From IMG/VR virus record IMGVR_UViG_3300033978_000437: a stretch of DNA of 64,000 bases. The stretch is one strand, 5' to 3'. This document shows, in pieces, positions 40,528 to 50,817 of this stretch. The number at the start of each line of letters is the position of its first letter. Position 1 is the first letter of the stretch. Source of the DNA: a virus. The notes under the pieces were generated by a model. That model worked only from the letters and a program-made list of their open reading frames with translations, ran no database searches and was not told where the DNA came from. The translations under genes and the position numbers were made by a program.

Positions 40528-41564
40528 TCAAAAGCTTTCTGTTTCTTACGCACATACTCTGCTGTAACCAGCTGCATGGACTCTAGTAACTCTGTGGGAA
40601 CCTCAGCTAACTCCGACAAGGCAATTTCCACATCATCTAAAGACACTTCGGCAATAGGAGCTGGCTGTTCATCTAACCCACACACAATTAGCTTACCATT
40701 GGAGTCGTCCACCAAATGGGCTCCCACTGGAGGAATATCATGACAAGCCAAAACTGAGGAACTACTAACCAAGGCTGCCATGACCGACCCATAAGTATAT
40801 CTAGTGTTCGCCATGTAGACCCAATCATGCTGACGAGCTAGATTACTGTAGTCATAGTAAGGCGGGCTGGTTACACAAGCAACTCTATTAGGATAAGCCT
40901 GTTGAAGCTGCTTGATATCTGTACGATATCTGCGAGGCATGGAGTGTTCTAACAAAAAAGTAAATCTAGTCCCACTGTAATTGTCTAAAAGCGAATAAAA
41001 TATATCTAACAGTTCTGGTCCCATATCTAATTTTACTGACTTAGATAAAACAATTAAAAACTGTTGAAGGCCAGGCTGTACCCACCCACACTTTGGAGAT
41101 AACAATTTATCCGGAACTACCAAGTTAGCCCAAGTGCGATTAGGCAAAACCCTGCCTTGATGCTTGTCTAACCAATTAGATAAGTCATGGCTTAAACAAA
41201 TAATTCGATCTGCCATTTTTAGAAATGTTGAGTTATCTTCATTCCACATTCCCCAATAAGGGAAGTAATAATGTAAAGTCTGATACTTTGGGCTAAATGA
41301 ACTTACTAGCTTAGCTTCTTGTAATGCCCATATGCTAGGGCTAAACCAGCACAAATGTGTTGCTTGAAAAGCCCAATGATGTATCGAATCTTCGTTTGCT
41401 CGTTTAACCTTACAATCCCATATAGGGTGAATGCCCTTTGAAACCTTACCATCAGCTAGAAATTCTACTTCAATACCGCAACGCACTAACCAGTCTGCTA
41501 TTTGCACGGCTGCTAAAGTGGTTTCGTTGCGAACATAGGGAGCAAAAATTCCAACTTTGAGCAC
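40500..41564 (-). CDS. GT-B (GT4-like) glycosyltransferase-like protein
   Basis: ADRIICLSHDL; YTYGSVMAALVSSSSVLACHDIPP resembles the GT4 C-terminal E-x7-E region, but degenerate. Confidence 0.45.
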   Translation of the reverse strand: MLKVGIFAPYVRNETTLAAVQIADWLVRCGIEVEFLADGKVSKGIHPIWDCKVKRANEDSIHHWAFQATHLCWFSPSIWALQEAKLVSSFSPKYQTLHYYFPYWGMWNEDNSTFLKMADRIICLSHDLSNWLDKHQGRVLPNRTWANLVVPDKLLSPKCGWVQPGLQQFLIVLSKSVKLDMGPELLDIFYSLLDNYSGTRFTFLLEHSMPRRYRTDIKQLQQAYPNRVACVTSPPYYDYSNLARQHDWVYMANTRYTYGSVMAALVSSSSVLACHDIPPVGAHLVDDSNGKLIVCGLDEQPAPIAEVSLDDVEIALSELAEVPTELLESMQLVTAEYVRKKQKAFEWFICNEFV

Positions 41565-41587
41565 GATAACTCCTAGGCTTGAATTAT

Positions 41588-42337
41588 CTATTTTGAATGA
41601 ATCATGTGATGGAAAAAATTAGATTTATCCCGCCTTCCTGGAATTAGACCATATTTTTGCTTATTTTTCCATGCTACATAATTAAAACTCAATTGATCCC
41701 TATAGCTGTTGTGCTCTATCTCGGCCCACCAATGCTTATTAAATTCCGTAGTTGCTTCCCCTTGCTTGCGTAGTAAACAAGCTGTCTCTACTAACCCGTT
41801 GTAAGCTGGATAACCTTCTTTTCGATAGTTTGCAATTTGCTGCTGCATCAATGCTTTGTTGTCTTTTTTGTACTTTATGCATGCGTTCAGTTCTTGATAA
41901 ATACAAATACGCTCAGGATGCTTGAAAGTAGAAATAAAATTGTCTTTTAAAAAAGGCAGCACACTATCTACTAATTTTACATCTTCTTTGATGATTTGAG
42001 TTCCATCCAACCAGAGGGTGTGGGTTATATCATCAGTACAAAAGATATGGGGGTTAACTTTGCAGAAACGAGCTGTGCGCCTTTTACACAAAGGGTGCGT
42101 CCAAACTAAAGGCTTTATCTGCCAAACAATACTTCCATTAGGTGCTTGATACTGATAACAGTCTTGGCTTATTTTAATAGCATTTTTAATTGTTTGATCG
42201 GTATATAAGACATACTCTACATCCTGTTCTGTAGGAGCAAGCGAAGATAACAAGCTTTTTGTAACATTATCATGTTTACCCGCAACGCAACTGTAGACTA
42301 GCGTTTTACTCATGATTGCCGGTACCATCTTCCCCAC
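41588..42337 (-). CDS. DUF616/TOD1-MUCI70-like glycosyltransferase
   Basis: VYSCVAGKHD, VLYTD, ARFCKVNPH, LWLDG, FKHPERICIYQE, RDQLSFNYVAW. Confidence 0.8.
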   Translation of the reverse strand: MGKMVPAIMSKTLVYSCVAGKHDNVTKSLLSSLAPTEQDVEYVLYTDQTIKNAIKISQDCYQYQAPNGSIVWQIKPLVWTHPLCKRRTARFCKVNPHIFCTDDITHTLWLDGTQIIKEDVKLVDSVLPFLKDNFISTFKHPERICIYQELNACIKYKKDNKALMQQQIANYRKEGYPAYNGLVETACLLRKQGEATTEFNKHWWAEIEHNSYRDQLSFNYVAWKNKQKYGLIPGRRDKSNFFHHMIHSK

Positions 42338-43197
42338 TTATATTTGTCACCTCTAGAAACAGATCGATAATGAAAAATAAAAGTGCTTAAAACAACACCG
42401 GATTTCATTCCTTTTTTAGCCCAGCGTGCTTGTAGCTCATCTTCATTTCCGGTCATCATAGGAGTTGGATTAAGCCTACCATAGACATAATATTTATTTT
42501 TAGGTCTGAAAAAATGACGCTCATCAAACTTTCCATCTTCCCAAGCTTTTAAAGTTGCCATTAAGAAAAACCCATTGATTTTTCTTTCTAAAATTTTATT
42601 AAAGTGCATTTGCTTTAATTGCGTTGCGACTTGCTCAATTTCTACCGAATCATCCGTAAGCTTGTAATTAGGTATGTAGGCTTCCACATTCTGTCTACCT
42701 TTGGCTGTGACTCCAGGAGCGTTAGAGATTGGGCCAACTAGCGAATAACCATTAGCTAAAGCATATGTCATCCCTTCGTGCCAACCCGCCGAGAAAATGA
42801 TGTCATTATTCCCCGCAATAACATAGTCTAATTTTAGTTTTGAAGCTAACGCAAGCCCTGCATTCCAGCTTCGAGTCAGTCCTGCAGATTCAGTGAAATT
42901 TAAAATATATAAAGAAATGGTGGGGTAGCTATTTGCTAGCTGCTGCAATGACTGCTCATAATCATTGCTCCACCCAGCTTCTCCATCGTTTACGACGATA
43001 GCTACACCATTTGGAGTAGTATCAAAAAAAGACTTTAAAGCTTTTTGAGTGTAACTTGCAAAAGCTGTCGCATTGTATACGGGGCAAATGAACCCAATTT
43101 TAAGCATAATATTTTCTTTAGCTGCCTCCGCCGCCCTGCTGTAGTTGCTGCTGTAACATAGCCCCGCCTTGCATACGCATCTGCCTACGCTGTTCAT
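42310..43197 (-). CDS. GT2-like glycosyltransferase (likely start 43107)
   Basis: FICPVYN, IVVNDG, GLTRSWNAGL, GNNDIIF, GNEDE. Confidence 0.8.
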   Translation of the reverse strand: MNSVGRCVCKAGLCYSSNYSRAAEAAKENIMLKIGFICPVYNATAFASYTQKALKSFFDTTPNGVAIVVNDGEAGWSNDYEQSLQQLANSYPTISLYILNFTESAGLTRSWNAGLALASKLKLDYVIAGNNDIIFSAGWHEGMTYALANGYSLVGPISNAPGVTAKGRQNVEAYIPNYKLTDDSVEIEQVATQLKQMHFNKILERKINGFFLMATLKAWEDGKFDERHFFRPKNKYYVYGRLNPTPMMTGNEDELQARWAKKGMKSGVVLSTFIFHYRSVSRGDKYKWGRWYRQS

Positions 43198-45034
43198 CTA
43201 GCTTAGTGCGAGTAATTGAATGCAATGTAGGATTATTTGCTTTAAGTTTGCGCAATTCAGAATCTTTGACGGATTCAGGAATGCCTAACAACTCTTGTGC
43301 AAGCTGTTCTGCTGCTGACTGTAGATCATTAGGGGTAATGGCTGCATTCGGTCCCATTGAAGCCAAATAAGTCGTGACGGGGGTTGGAACACCGCCACCA
43401 AGTGCACCGCCTGCACCCGCTGGGGCAGGTCCGCCACCGGCTGGAGGGGCACCGCCCGCTGGAGGGGCACCACCTGGAGGAGGAGCACCTGCCCCAGCTT
43501 CTGGGTTAATACCTTTAGACACTTGAGAAGCGAACCCAGCTTGCTCTGCTTCTTCCGCTTGACGAGCTTGCATTTTCTGTTGTTTGCTTGCTTCTTCTGC
43601 AAGTAACTTCTGTTCTGCGTCCCAACTGTAGCCCATTGCTCGAAGTCCAGTTGTACCAGACAACTGTTGCCCCATCATTAACTGCAACGCAGCCATCTGT
43701 TTCTGCATATCATCCGCAGTAGTAACACGCTGTAAGCTGCACTCCACTGTTTCCCAAGACATGATTTGACTAATAGCAGTGCACATCCACTGCAGAAAGG
43801 AGTTTGCATCTGTAACCAGCTGACGATGGGTGCTTTCAAAAAGGCGAAGGGCCACAGGGGCAGCTTGTAGCGACAAGGAACCTTGATAGAACTCCACAGG
43901 TGTACCGCATTCGTTTAATAACTCTTCAGTACCTTGTTGAATCAACTCAGTGGGAGCTAGTTGTTTCGCATCTCCCCCAAGGATCTGGTAGTTAACTGGA
44001 AAAGGCAGAAGCTGCCAAGCTGCTGGATCTCGTCTGCGTCTGTTGATCATTTGTCTGACTTGAGATCGAAAGTCACCAGCTGAGTAAATAGACATGGGGT
44101 CTTGTGTCGCCACACTACCTGCATTAGAGCCACCACTGCGGGCAGCAGGGGTAATTAAACGGAAGGGGATAACATAGTCCAAGGCGATGGCTTCATTGTA
44201 CCTACGAAGGACCTGCACATACCATATTTGGCGATAGTTGGTTAAACTGCGTGGTAAACCCCAGCCTAGGTTACGAATACCCGCTAAGGTTGGTTCTTTC
44301 ATATGAAAAATGGCATCTGGATTAAATCTAAACAATTTGTCTGTACGAATAGCTTCAAGCACTTGCTTACTTGCTCGCTCGAGATGAAATAGATTCCCAT
44401 CTTTAATCATTTTCTTGTAGTACTCGGGAATACGCCATAGATAAGATACTTCGTCTGTGTAGGGGTCATGCAAGATTTCAATTTCGTGGGGACTCCATCG
44501 CTTTAAAATTACATGCTTTGATTCTTCTCTGGCCTTATCTTCAACAATCCAAGCACCACGCCATTTAGTCTTTGGGCAAGTAGCTTCAAATTTGAAATCT
44601 TCTGTAAACTTGAAATCAAAATTATCGTATACATATTTAAGTGGGTAGATATCTCCGGTCTTTGGATTGCGAAGAAACCTACGAAATGGAACAACTACGC
44701 TAGAAAAAGAATTTCCATAGCAAAGGCGGTCTCGCATAATTTGCCCAAGGAAATCTAACACATGCAATTGTTTGTTTAAAAAGTCAGAATACTTGTTTTT
44801 TTCGTCGTCACTAGTGTCTCCCCCTATTTCAATATCTGTGATGAAATAGCTGACAATGCGTTCCATTGCCATGCGGTAGGTGCCCTGCACAGTCCAAATG
44901 TACTCAGACCACCACAATGCCGACTTCATAGTAGTCGGCATTTGCGTAGTGGCTATGTCATTAAAAGGGTCAGCAAAACCGGTATTAGTGGCACTGCGAT
45001 TAAAGAATTGGCTGCCCGAAGACATCATTGACAT
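43118..45034 (-). CDS. Probable portal protein with a Gly/Pro/Gln-rich C-terminal extension
   Basis: 638 aa; portal-like organisation (helical N terminus, IFHMKEP..GWGLP stem/clip, coiled-coil crown); identified by resemblance only. Confidence 0.5.
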   Translation of the reverse strand: MSMMSSGSQFFNRSATNTGFADPFNDIATTQMPTTMKSALWWSEYIWTVQGTYRMAMERIVSYFITDIEIGGDTSDDEKNKYSDFLNKQLHVLDFLGQIMRDRLCYGNSFSSVVVPFRRFLRNPKTGDIYPLKYVYDNFDFKFTEDFKFEATCPKTKWRGAWIVEDKAREESKHVILKRWSPHEIEILHDPYTDEVSYLWRIPEYYKKMIKDGNLFHLERASKQVLEAIRTDKLFRFNPDAIFHMKEPTLAGIRNLGWGLPRSLTNYRQIWYVQVLRRYNEAIALDYVIPFRLITPAARSGGSNAGSVATQDPMSIYSAGDFRSQVRQMINRRRRDPAAWQLLPFPVNYQILGGDAKQLAPTELIQQGTEELLNECGTPVEFYQGSLSLQAAPVALRLFESTHRQLVTDANSFLQWMCTAISQIMSWETVECSLQRVTTADDMQKQMAALQLMMGQQLSGTTGLRAMGYSWDAEQKLLAEEASKQQKMQARQAEEAEQAGFASQVSKGINPEAGAGAPPPGGAPPAGGAPPAGGGPAPAGAGGALGGGVPTPVTTYLASMGPNAAITPNDLQSAAEQLAQELLGIPESVKDSELRKLKANNPTLHSITRTKLDEQRRQMRMQGGAMLQQQLQQGGGGS

Positions 45035-45069
45035 TGCTGATTCTCCCTAGCAATTTTGCACAGCTATAA

Positions 45070-45279
45070 TTACTGAGCTGGTTTACTGCTATCTTTAACT
45101 AATTCTACTGCTTTTTTAATTAAGTCTTGGTCTAGATTGTCTGCAATTTCCTTAGTTTCTGGAAATAACAAAAGTTGTTTTGCACCAGCTGTTTTAGTTT
45201 TACAGCTGCAATTACCACCACAGCCGCAACCACCGCCACATCTAGGGGTGTTTGTTGTAATAGCTCCATTCTTTTCCAT
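45070..45279 (-). CDS. Small Cys-rich protein
   Basis: RCGGGCGCGGNCSCKTKTAG. Confidence 0.65.
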   Translation of the reverse strand: MEKNGAITTNTPRCGGGCGCGGNCSCKTKTAGAKQLLLFPETKEIADNLDQDLIKKAVELVKDSSKPAQ

Positions 45280-45283
45280 TGCA

Positions 45284-46285
45284 TTAATCCTCCTTATATC
45301 GAATTAAAATAACGACATCTAAACAACCAAGTGACCAATGCAGCCCAAGTGAAGAGCACAAATAAGTTTCTTTGGTTTTGGGAACAGAAATTGAAATCTG
45401 TTCTTCCCCTAGATTTGGAGGTAAATATTGAAATCCATCTTCAAATCTAGTGTCATAAACCAAAGCAACACAAGCATCCCCAGCAATCACTGCATGGTAC
45501 CTTGCAGACATTGTACCTAACTTTGCCATTTCAAAATAGACTTCATATAGCGGTCTCTCTGGTTTAACTCCAGAAAAGAATGGAATTTGTAGCTTAGCAA
45601 AGGCTGTCTGTATAGAATCAGGCATTTCTTTGTGCTCAACGGAAGCAGCACTTAGCCTATTTACTCTACCAACGAGCGCGTTTAGCAAGTTAGTCTGGTC
45701 AGCTAATTGCTGAGGGTTAGATGTTGACGACAGGGCGGCAATTGCCGCTTCTGTTTGCAACTTACGAGTTTGAAATTCTAATTTTGCATTTTGTACCCTA
45801 GGCATTTCTACTTGTAATAGGTTTTGAATTTCATCTGCAAGTTTAGTAGTTGGATTATTTTCAAATCCTAGAGAGGGAGCTGCTAACATATCCTCGCCAG
45901 AATCATCATTTGAATTAAGAAAATTTAAAGGTTTAAGAGGTTCATCCACACGCAGCTCCTTTTCGTTATAGTTTGTTTTTTCATCTAAAACCGGCACTTG
46001 CTGACTCAACCCTTTGTAAAAAGAATGTACATCATTGACTACACCACTACGCTTCGCTTCCGAATTAAACTGAGGTCTAGAGGAAGATATTGCCTTTAAA
46101 TCTAAAATAAAACCACCACCTTCTACTCCGGGATCTACTATTACAGTCTGGGGCTGATTAGGGTCAAATCCTAAAGATTGACCATCAGCTCCAGACCGAG
46201 GTATCATGGTGCCAGTCATGCCTGACTGGTTAGCGTGGTAACGTGTTGGGTCTGGAGTGTTAGATCTAACTGAGTTATCTGCCAT
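45284..46285 (-). CDS. Hypothetical protein
   Basis: 333 aa; central coiled coil, C-terminal beta-rich domain. Confidence 0.75.
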   Translation of the reverse strand: MADNSVRSNTPDPTRYHANQSGMTGTMIPRSGADGQSLGFDPNQPQTVIVDPGVEGGGFILDLKAISSSRPQFNSEAKRSGVVNDVHSFYKGLSQQVPVLDEKTNYNEKELRVDEPLKPLNFLNSNDDSGEDMLAAPSLGFENNPTTKLADEIQNLLQVEMPRVQNAKLEFQTRKLQTEAAIAALSSTSNPQQLADQTNLLNALVGRVNRLSAASVEHKEMPDSIQTAFAKLQIPFFSGVKPERPLYEVYFEMAKLGTMSARYHAVIAGDACVALVYDTRFEDGFQYLPPNLGEEQISISVPKTKETYLCSSLGLHWSLGCLDVVILIRYKED

Positions 46286-46315
46286 AATTGTTGTCCAATA
46301 GCTAAAAAAAAAGAA

Positions 46316-46909
46316 TTAGTCTTCGTCTGGTTCTTCTGAAAACTGGTCATCATCCACAAAACCAGGCGTGTAAAACTGTTGAGATTCTAAATATAAAGGA
46401 TTACCAAGCCATCCTGTTTCTTCCAAAGTTGTCGGGGGCAACAATGATTGCTCCATCATTTGGTAATCTTCCTTGTTACCCACAGTAACCGCCATTTGAT
46501 TAGGCAACAACAAATAACGCTGCTTATCTCCATTTGGTTTAAGGATTGGCTTAGTCAACTGTAAAGGTATACCATACATTGCCCACACAGCGGTTTCTTT
46601 TCCTTCTCGTTTAGCAATTGCTTCGCTTAAACTTTGCAAATTTGGGTAAATATGCACTCTAGGAAAATCTCCTTCTTGCATGTCACATAGACACCAATGA
46701 TGCGTAATACTAATATTGGTTCCAGCTTCACCGCTTTCTTGTTTTATATCTTGCATCTGTGCTGATACATCTGAAGGCAATTTTTCTTTTAATGAATTGT
46801 ATTCCATGTCAGAGTCAGATAATGCCGTAAGTGCTGGTTTTAACAAAGAGTCTAAGCCGGGTACAGCAACTTTATAAGCTTCCCATTTCTCGCCATTAGT
46901 CTTAGCCAT
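46316..46909 (-). CDS. Hypothetical protein
   Basis: 197 aa, acidic C terminus. Confidence 0.75.
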   Translation of the reverse strand: MAKTNGEKWEAYKVAVPGLDSLLKPALTALSDSDMEYNSLKEKLPSDVSAQMQDIKQESGEAGTNISITHHWCLCDMQEGDFPRVHIYPNLQSLSEAIAKREGKETAVWAMYGIPLQLTKPILKPNGDKQRYLLLPNQMAVTVGNKEDYQMMEQSLLPPTTLEETGWLGNPLYLESQQFYTPGFVDDDQFSEEPDED

Positions 46910-47141
46910 TTGTTATCCCTTCTGCTGCTTCTACAAAAGTCAAACTCAATACTACACCTTCTGATGTAATAACTACTGGGCCAGGTATAGCAATAATGTT
47001 ATTGGTTTGTTTCACCCATGTATTAATTTGCGTATCAAGTTGTTGTAAATCTTTTGCTTCAAAAGTCTTTAACTTTACAGTTTGATCCGGCAGCATAAAT
47101 TGGCGTAATGATTGTAATGGAAATTCTACAGATTTACTCAT
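46902..47141 (-). CDS. Hypothetical protein
   Basis: 79 aa, translationally coupled to both neighbours. Confidence 0.65.
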   Translation of the reverse strand: MSKSVEFPLQSLRQFMLPDQTVKLKTFEAKDLQQLDTQINTWVKQTNNIIAIPGPVVITSEGVVLSLTFVEAAEGITNG

Positions 47142-47839
47142 GGTTTACCTTTCTTTATATTTTGTTTTTGATAAGCCAAATCTTGTTCACTAATCAAGAT
47201 TTCTTTATATCGAGAAAATGCTTTATCTTGAGTCAGCTCTGGGTAAGAAAAAAGCCGATTAGCTGCTTTTATATGTAAAGGATCTGGCTTAAAACTAGAA
47301 ACAGATGGAAGTAACCGCACATCTTTATTCCTAACATCAAAAGCATATTGTTGCTCATTACTTAATACAGCAAAAGCATGCACTTTAACTGTAGGGGTTA
47401 AGCTAGAAACAACTCGCTGCACATCTACAGCTAAAGGATCATATATGGTTAATTGCTGTAAAGCATATTGATAAAGCTTTGAGTTTTGAATGTCAAATTG
47501 AACAGATTCGAGCATGCCGTCTACAAGACTACCCCACTGTTCAACACTTGAAGCCCATAAGACATGATTCCAACTAGGATCGTCATTAAACTTAAATCCA
47601 TTAAAAACTGGCTTCTCAAATTTGTACCAAAATATCTTTAAATTATGTTGTTGCACTAAGTCTGCTAAGTTGGTGTCGGTGTACCTACCCCATAGATACA
47701 AAGCAGCAGGAGTGTACCAAACATAACCAGGAACATCTTCGAGCCTCCCTGCCCGTTGAAATTCTATACGGTACTTTGGTACACGAAATGCTTTAAACTC
47801 ATAGAATTTGTCATCTTTTGGTTTAAATGGAGAATCCAT
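47138..47839 (-). CDS. Hypothetical protein
   Basis: 233 aa, aromatic-rich. Confidence 0.75.
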   Translation of the reverse strand: MDSPFKPKDDKFYEFKAFRVPKYRIEFQRAGRLEDVPGYVWYTPAALYLWGRYTDTNLADLVQQHNLKIFWYKFEKPVFNGFKFNDDPSWNHVLWASSVEQWGSLVDGMLESVQFDIQNSKLYQYALQQLTIYDPLAVDVQRVVSSLTPTVKVHAFAVLSNEQQYAFDVRNKDVRLLPSVSSFKPDPLHIKAANRLFSYPELTQDKAFSRYKEILISEQDLAYQKQNIKKGKP

Positions 47840-47842
47840 GGT

Positions 47843-48520
47843 TCAAAACCCTAATTTAAACAATGTAGCAACTAGCAAAGAACTATCACGATCAGCACTA
47901 GCTCCTATGCCCATCCAACCTTGTGTTAATCCAGTATATTTTTGCTTGTTCTCCTCAATAGGCTCTGTAAAAGCACAAGCTTCCATTAAATCTCGTACTG
48001 AGATTGCATCCGCTATTTCTAACTGCGGGCTGTCCATCCATAAAGCCGATGGAAGAGGTTGTCCTAGTGCCCCGCATGCGTAAGCAAATCGTTGCATAAA
48101 ATTCTTTAAACCTTGCATGCCTATAAATGTAATGTGCTTAGCCTGTGAGTTACCTACCCATTCACCGGGAAAGGTGTTTAATAAGAAAGCACGAGCTGCT
48201 AGGCTTACCGCCAACTTATTATCTCCAGGTACTCTCTTGGCAAGTTGGTAAGTCACCACTTTTTCCAAAGCTGGAACAACAAATCGAATTGCAAGAATAT
48301 TACGATTGAGCGGGTCTAACTGTGCGAACGCACTTTCTTGCTGTTTCATGGTTTGCAAGTATTCGTGATACTCTGGAAGACACAGAGTAGGAGCTAATGT
48401 AGCTGCAAATTGTTTATCCTCTGCAGCTTTAGACTTCTTAGCTTTTTCTACCCAATCTAATCGAGCTGTCTCTGCTTCTTCCGCAGTTGTCACATCTGCC
48501 CAACTAACAAATACACGCAT
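47843..48520 (-). CDS. Hypothetical protein
   Basis: 225 aa; SD AGGAG. Confidence 0.75.
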   Translation of the reverse strand: MRVFVSWADVTTAEEAETARLDWVEKAKKSKAAEDKQFAATLAPTLCLPEYHEYLQTMKQQESAFAQLDPLNRNILAIRFVVPALEKVVTYQLAKRVPGDNKLAVSLAARAFLLNTFPGEWVGNSQAKHITFIGMQGLKNFMQRFAYACGALGQPLPSALWMDSPQLEIADAISVRDLMEACAFTEPIEENKQKYTGLTQGWMGIGASADRDSSLLVATLFKLGF

Positions 48521-48528
48521 AAGTTCTC

Positions 48529-49656
48529 CTAAGCGATAATGATTTCACTAATGTGAAAATTAGATAGTTCTGCAGCTGTAATTTGTGCAACTTCGTGCTG
48601 CCCAACCCATATCTTGACATGAGGAACTTCGTTTACCATACAAGGTTCGGCTACAACTCCTCGAATGACATTATGGACTCTCAGAGTTTCGTACTCCGTC
48701 CCATTTAATTCGTTTGCTCGTAGCTCTCTGTCTAAAGGTATACACCCAAGAACTAAAGCTCCAGCTTTCTCTCCCCAGTTTTTAAATCTACGCTGTGCTT
48801 CGTTTGCAATGCTTGTAATAGGTATAGAAGTCATGCCTTTGCAAGTTTGCATCAAGTTATCAACTATCAGTAGATCTACTGGTTCATTAAGCTTGGGATA
48901 GACAAAAAAGTCATAAATCTTTTGAAACCCTGCGTTACTGCTTGCACAGTTCTCCCACACATCTTTAGGAATGTTAACCAAATGTGAGTCAGTAATCTTA
49001 GGTGCACCTTCTAACAACCTAGTTAGCTGCGTTGCACCACTTCCGGGAGTTAAAACACTTTCAGTAATTCGATGCAATAGCCAACGGACTGCATCTTGTT
49101 TGCCAACCAACAAAACAGGTTTATGCCGATTGATCGCATGCGTTTCAACTGCTTCGTTTTCTGCATAAAATTGAAATCCAAGATTGATAGGAGTAGAAAC
49201 ACGCAACTCTTCTCTTTGTTCATTACCTTTCTTCTTCTCTGCAGCTTGATGCTCACTGTGTTTTTTAACTACAGTCTGCATCCAAGGGAATACAGTTTGA
49301 GTCATTCCAGCAAATAGAACTTGCTCGTCAAAGGGCTGTTGAGCTTGTACAGCAGCTGCATTAATTAGCACTTCTTTAAACATGATCATCTGCTGGTCTG
49401 TCATGTCTGCAAGGGCAGTGTCTACAGCACTAAAGTCAGTGTCTCGACAAAGCCAATCCAGTTCATAAAGGCACATAGCATACAGCTGCCTAGATGCAAG
49501 CATGCTTGCTATAAGCTGGGTGAAACCAGGATGACTACCTACTAATTTATTGGCGGTTGCTGCGACTAACTCCATGTCAGTAACGAGCTGCGGATCAATT
49601 GCGTCGGCAACTGGGTTAGTGGCTGTCTCTGTGGGTTTGAGTTCTTCTTCTGACAT
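48529..49656 (-). CDS. Hypothetical protein; C-terminal half resembles a degenerate RecA-fold domain
   Basis: 375 aa; PVLLVGKQD and VDLLIVDNL (Walker B-like) without an intact Walker A. Confidence 0.55.
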   Translation of the reverse strand: MSEEELKPTETATNPVADAIDPQLVTDMELVAATANKLVGSHPGFTQLIASMLASRQLYAMCLYELDWLCRDTDFSAVDTALADMTDQQMIMFKEVLINAAAVQAQQPFDEQVLFAGMTQTVFPWMQTVVKKHSEHQAAEKKKGNEQREELRVSTPINLGFQFYAENEAVETHAINRHKPVLLVGKQDAVRWLLHRITESVLTPGSGATQLTRLLEGAPKITDSHLVNIPKDVWENCASSNAGFQKIYDFFVYPKLNEPVDLLIVDNLMQTCKGMTSIPITSIANEAQRRFKNWGEKAGALVLGCIPLDRELRANELNGTEYETLRVHNVIRGVVAEPCMVNEVPHVKIWVGQHEVAQITAAELSNFHISEIIIA

Positions 49657-49668
49657 TACAATCCTTTC

Positions 49669-49686
49669 TAAAATCTGGATTTTAAA
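49669..49686 (-). promoter_or_regulatory. Dyad motif copy 4 (TTTAAAATCCAGATTTTA)
   Basis: Fills the gap between the resolvase stop and the SD of the next gene. Confidence 0.55.
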
Positions 49687-50097
49687 TTAAACAATCACTA
49701 CACCGGTATCGTTTGTTGGCTGTCGCTGAGACAACACCTCTTGCAACGCAATAGAAAATGCTTCGATGTCATCTAAACGAACTGTAACCAACCAAGGTTT
49801 GTGGTTCCTACGATGAAACACCGCAGGTATTTTAACAGACTTTGCATCAGTGACCGCTTGTTCTACTGCTTCGTAGATGTTCAGTTTTTCTACACGTTTG
49901 CTTTCTACATGGATATTGCCCAGCCCTACAACATCTTCTCCTTCTAACCCGCTATATTGCTGCCCTCTTCGTGCCTTTGCACCAAACAGTCTATTTAATT
50001 CCGCAGCTAGTTCTCTTTCACCAACTGCACCTTTGTTACGAGAATTCTTTCTTTTTGCCATATTTGTATTTCCTTTAATAATAAAAGTTATATTCAT
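49687..50097 (-). CDS. Holliday junction resolvase (Hjc-like PD-(D/E)xK)
   Basis: SRNKGAVGEREL, EDVVG, HVESKRVEKLN, PAVFHRRN. Confidence 0.85.
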   Translation of the reverse strand: MNITFIIKGNTNMAKRKNSRNKGAVGERELAAELNRLFGAKARRGQQYSGLEGEDVVGLGNIHVESKRVEKLNIYEAVEQAVTDAKSVKIPAVFHRRNHKPWLVTVRLDDIEAFSIALQEVLSQRQPTNDTGVVIV

Positions 50098-50103
50098 TGA
50101 TTC

Positions 50104-50817
50104 TTATTTGAACCTTACGACAATTTCCCACTCTTCAACAACCGGCTGTTTAAATTTGACATCTAATGGTTTTGGACCATGACTAGGTTCATACTTTTGA
50201 GTATCTATTGGTGCATTAATAGGGACTACACGAGAATTAGCCATGTTATGCACAAGACTTGAAGGTCTCACAAATAAATCATATGCCCTACTTGGCACTT
50301 CCTTAGCCCAAGTCGCAATAGCTTCGGTGCAGTCTTCGACTAACCAGTGGGTTGGATGTCCTTGCCAAAAAGTCCAAGTAAACCGCATACCATGTTGCCG
50401 AAGCACACCCTCTCCGTTTTCAGTATCCTGCTGAAAACTAGGTAAACGAAACCAAACTAAATGTTTGGCATTCTTCAATGACTCCCATACTAGTTTTCGA
50501 GCCCACTCTTTGTTTGGTACATGTTCAAGAAAATGCCAAGCAAGATAAATTTCTGATTTAGGTAAAGCTGCAATAGATTCGTCCACTGCCAGATCCGCAA
50601 TACGAAAATTGTAATTCTTTTTTTCAACAATTGTTCGATATTTTTCCATCTCTGGTCTTTCATATCCAACGCAACGGCGTGGCTGTAGTTTATCAAACAA
50701 ATCTTTATTTTTTAGATACATGTTACCTATTCGACGGCATTCATCCATTGCCCATCCATGTTTAGTACCAAGATCTACAATATCAAATTCGGGATTCATT
50801 CTTATACCCCCTTTCAT
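50104..50817 (-). CDS. Methyltransferase-like protein
   Basis: IVDLGTKHG (motif I-like), YLAWHFLEHVP. Confidence 0.6.
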   Translation of the reverse strand: MKGGIRMNPEFDIVDLGTKHGWAMDECRRIGNMYLKNKDLFDKLQPRRCVGYERPEMEKYRTIVEKKNYNFRIADLAVDESIAALPKSEIYLAWHFLEHVPNKEWARKLVWESLKNAKHLVWFRLPSFQQDTENGEGVLRQHGMRFTWTFWQGHPTHWLVEDCTEAIATWAKEVPSRAYDLFVRPSSLVHNMANSRVVPINAPIDTQKYEPSHGPKPLDVKFKQPVVEEWEIVVRFK

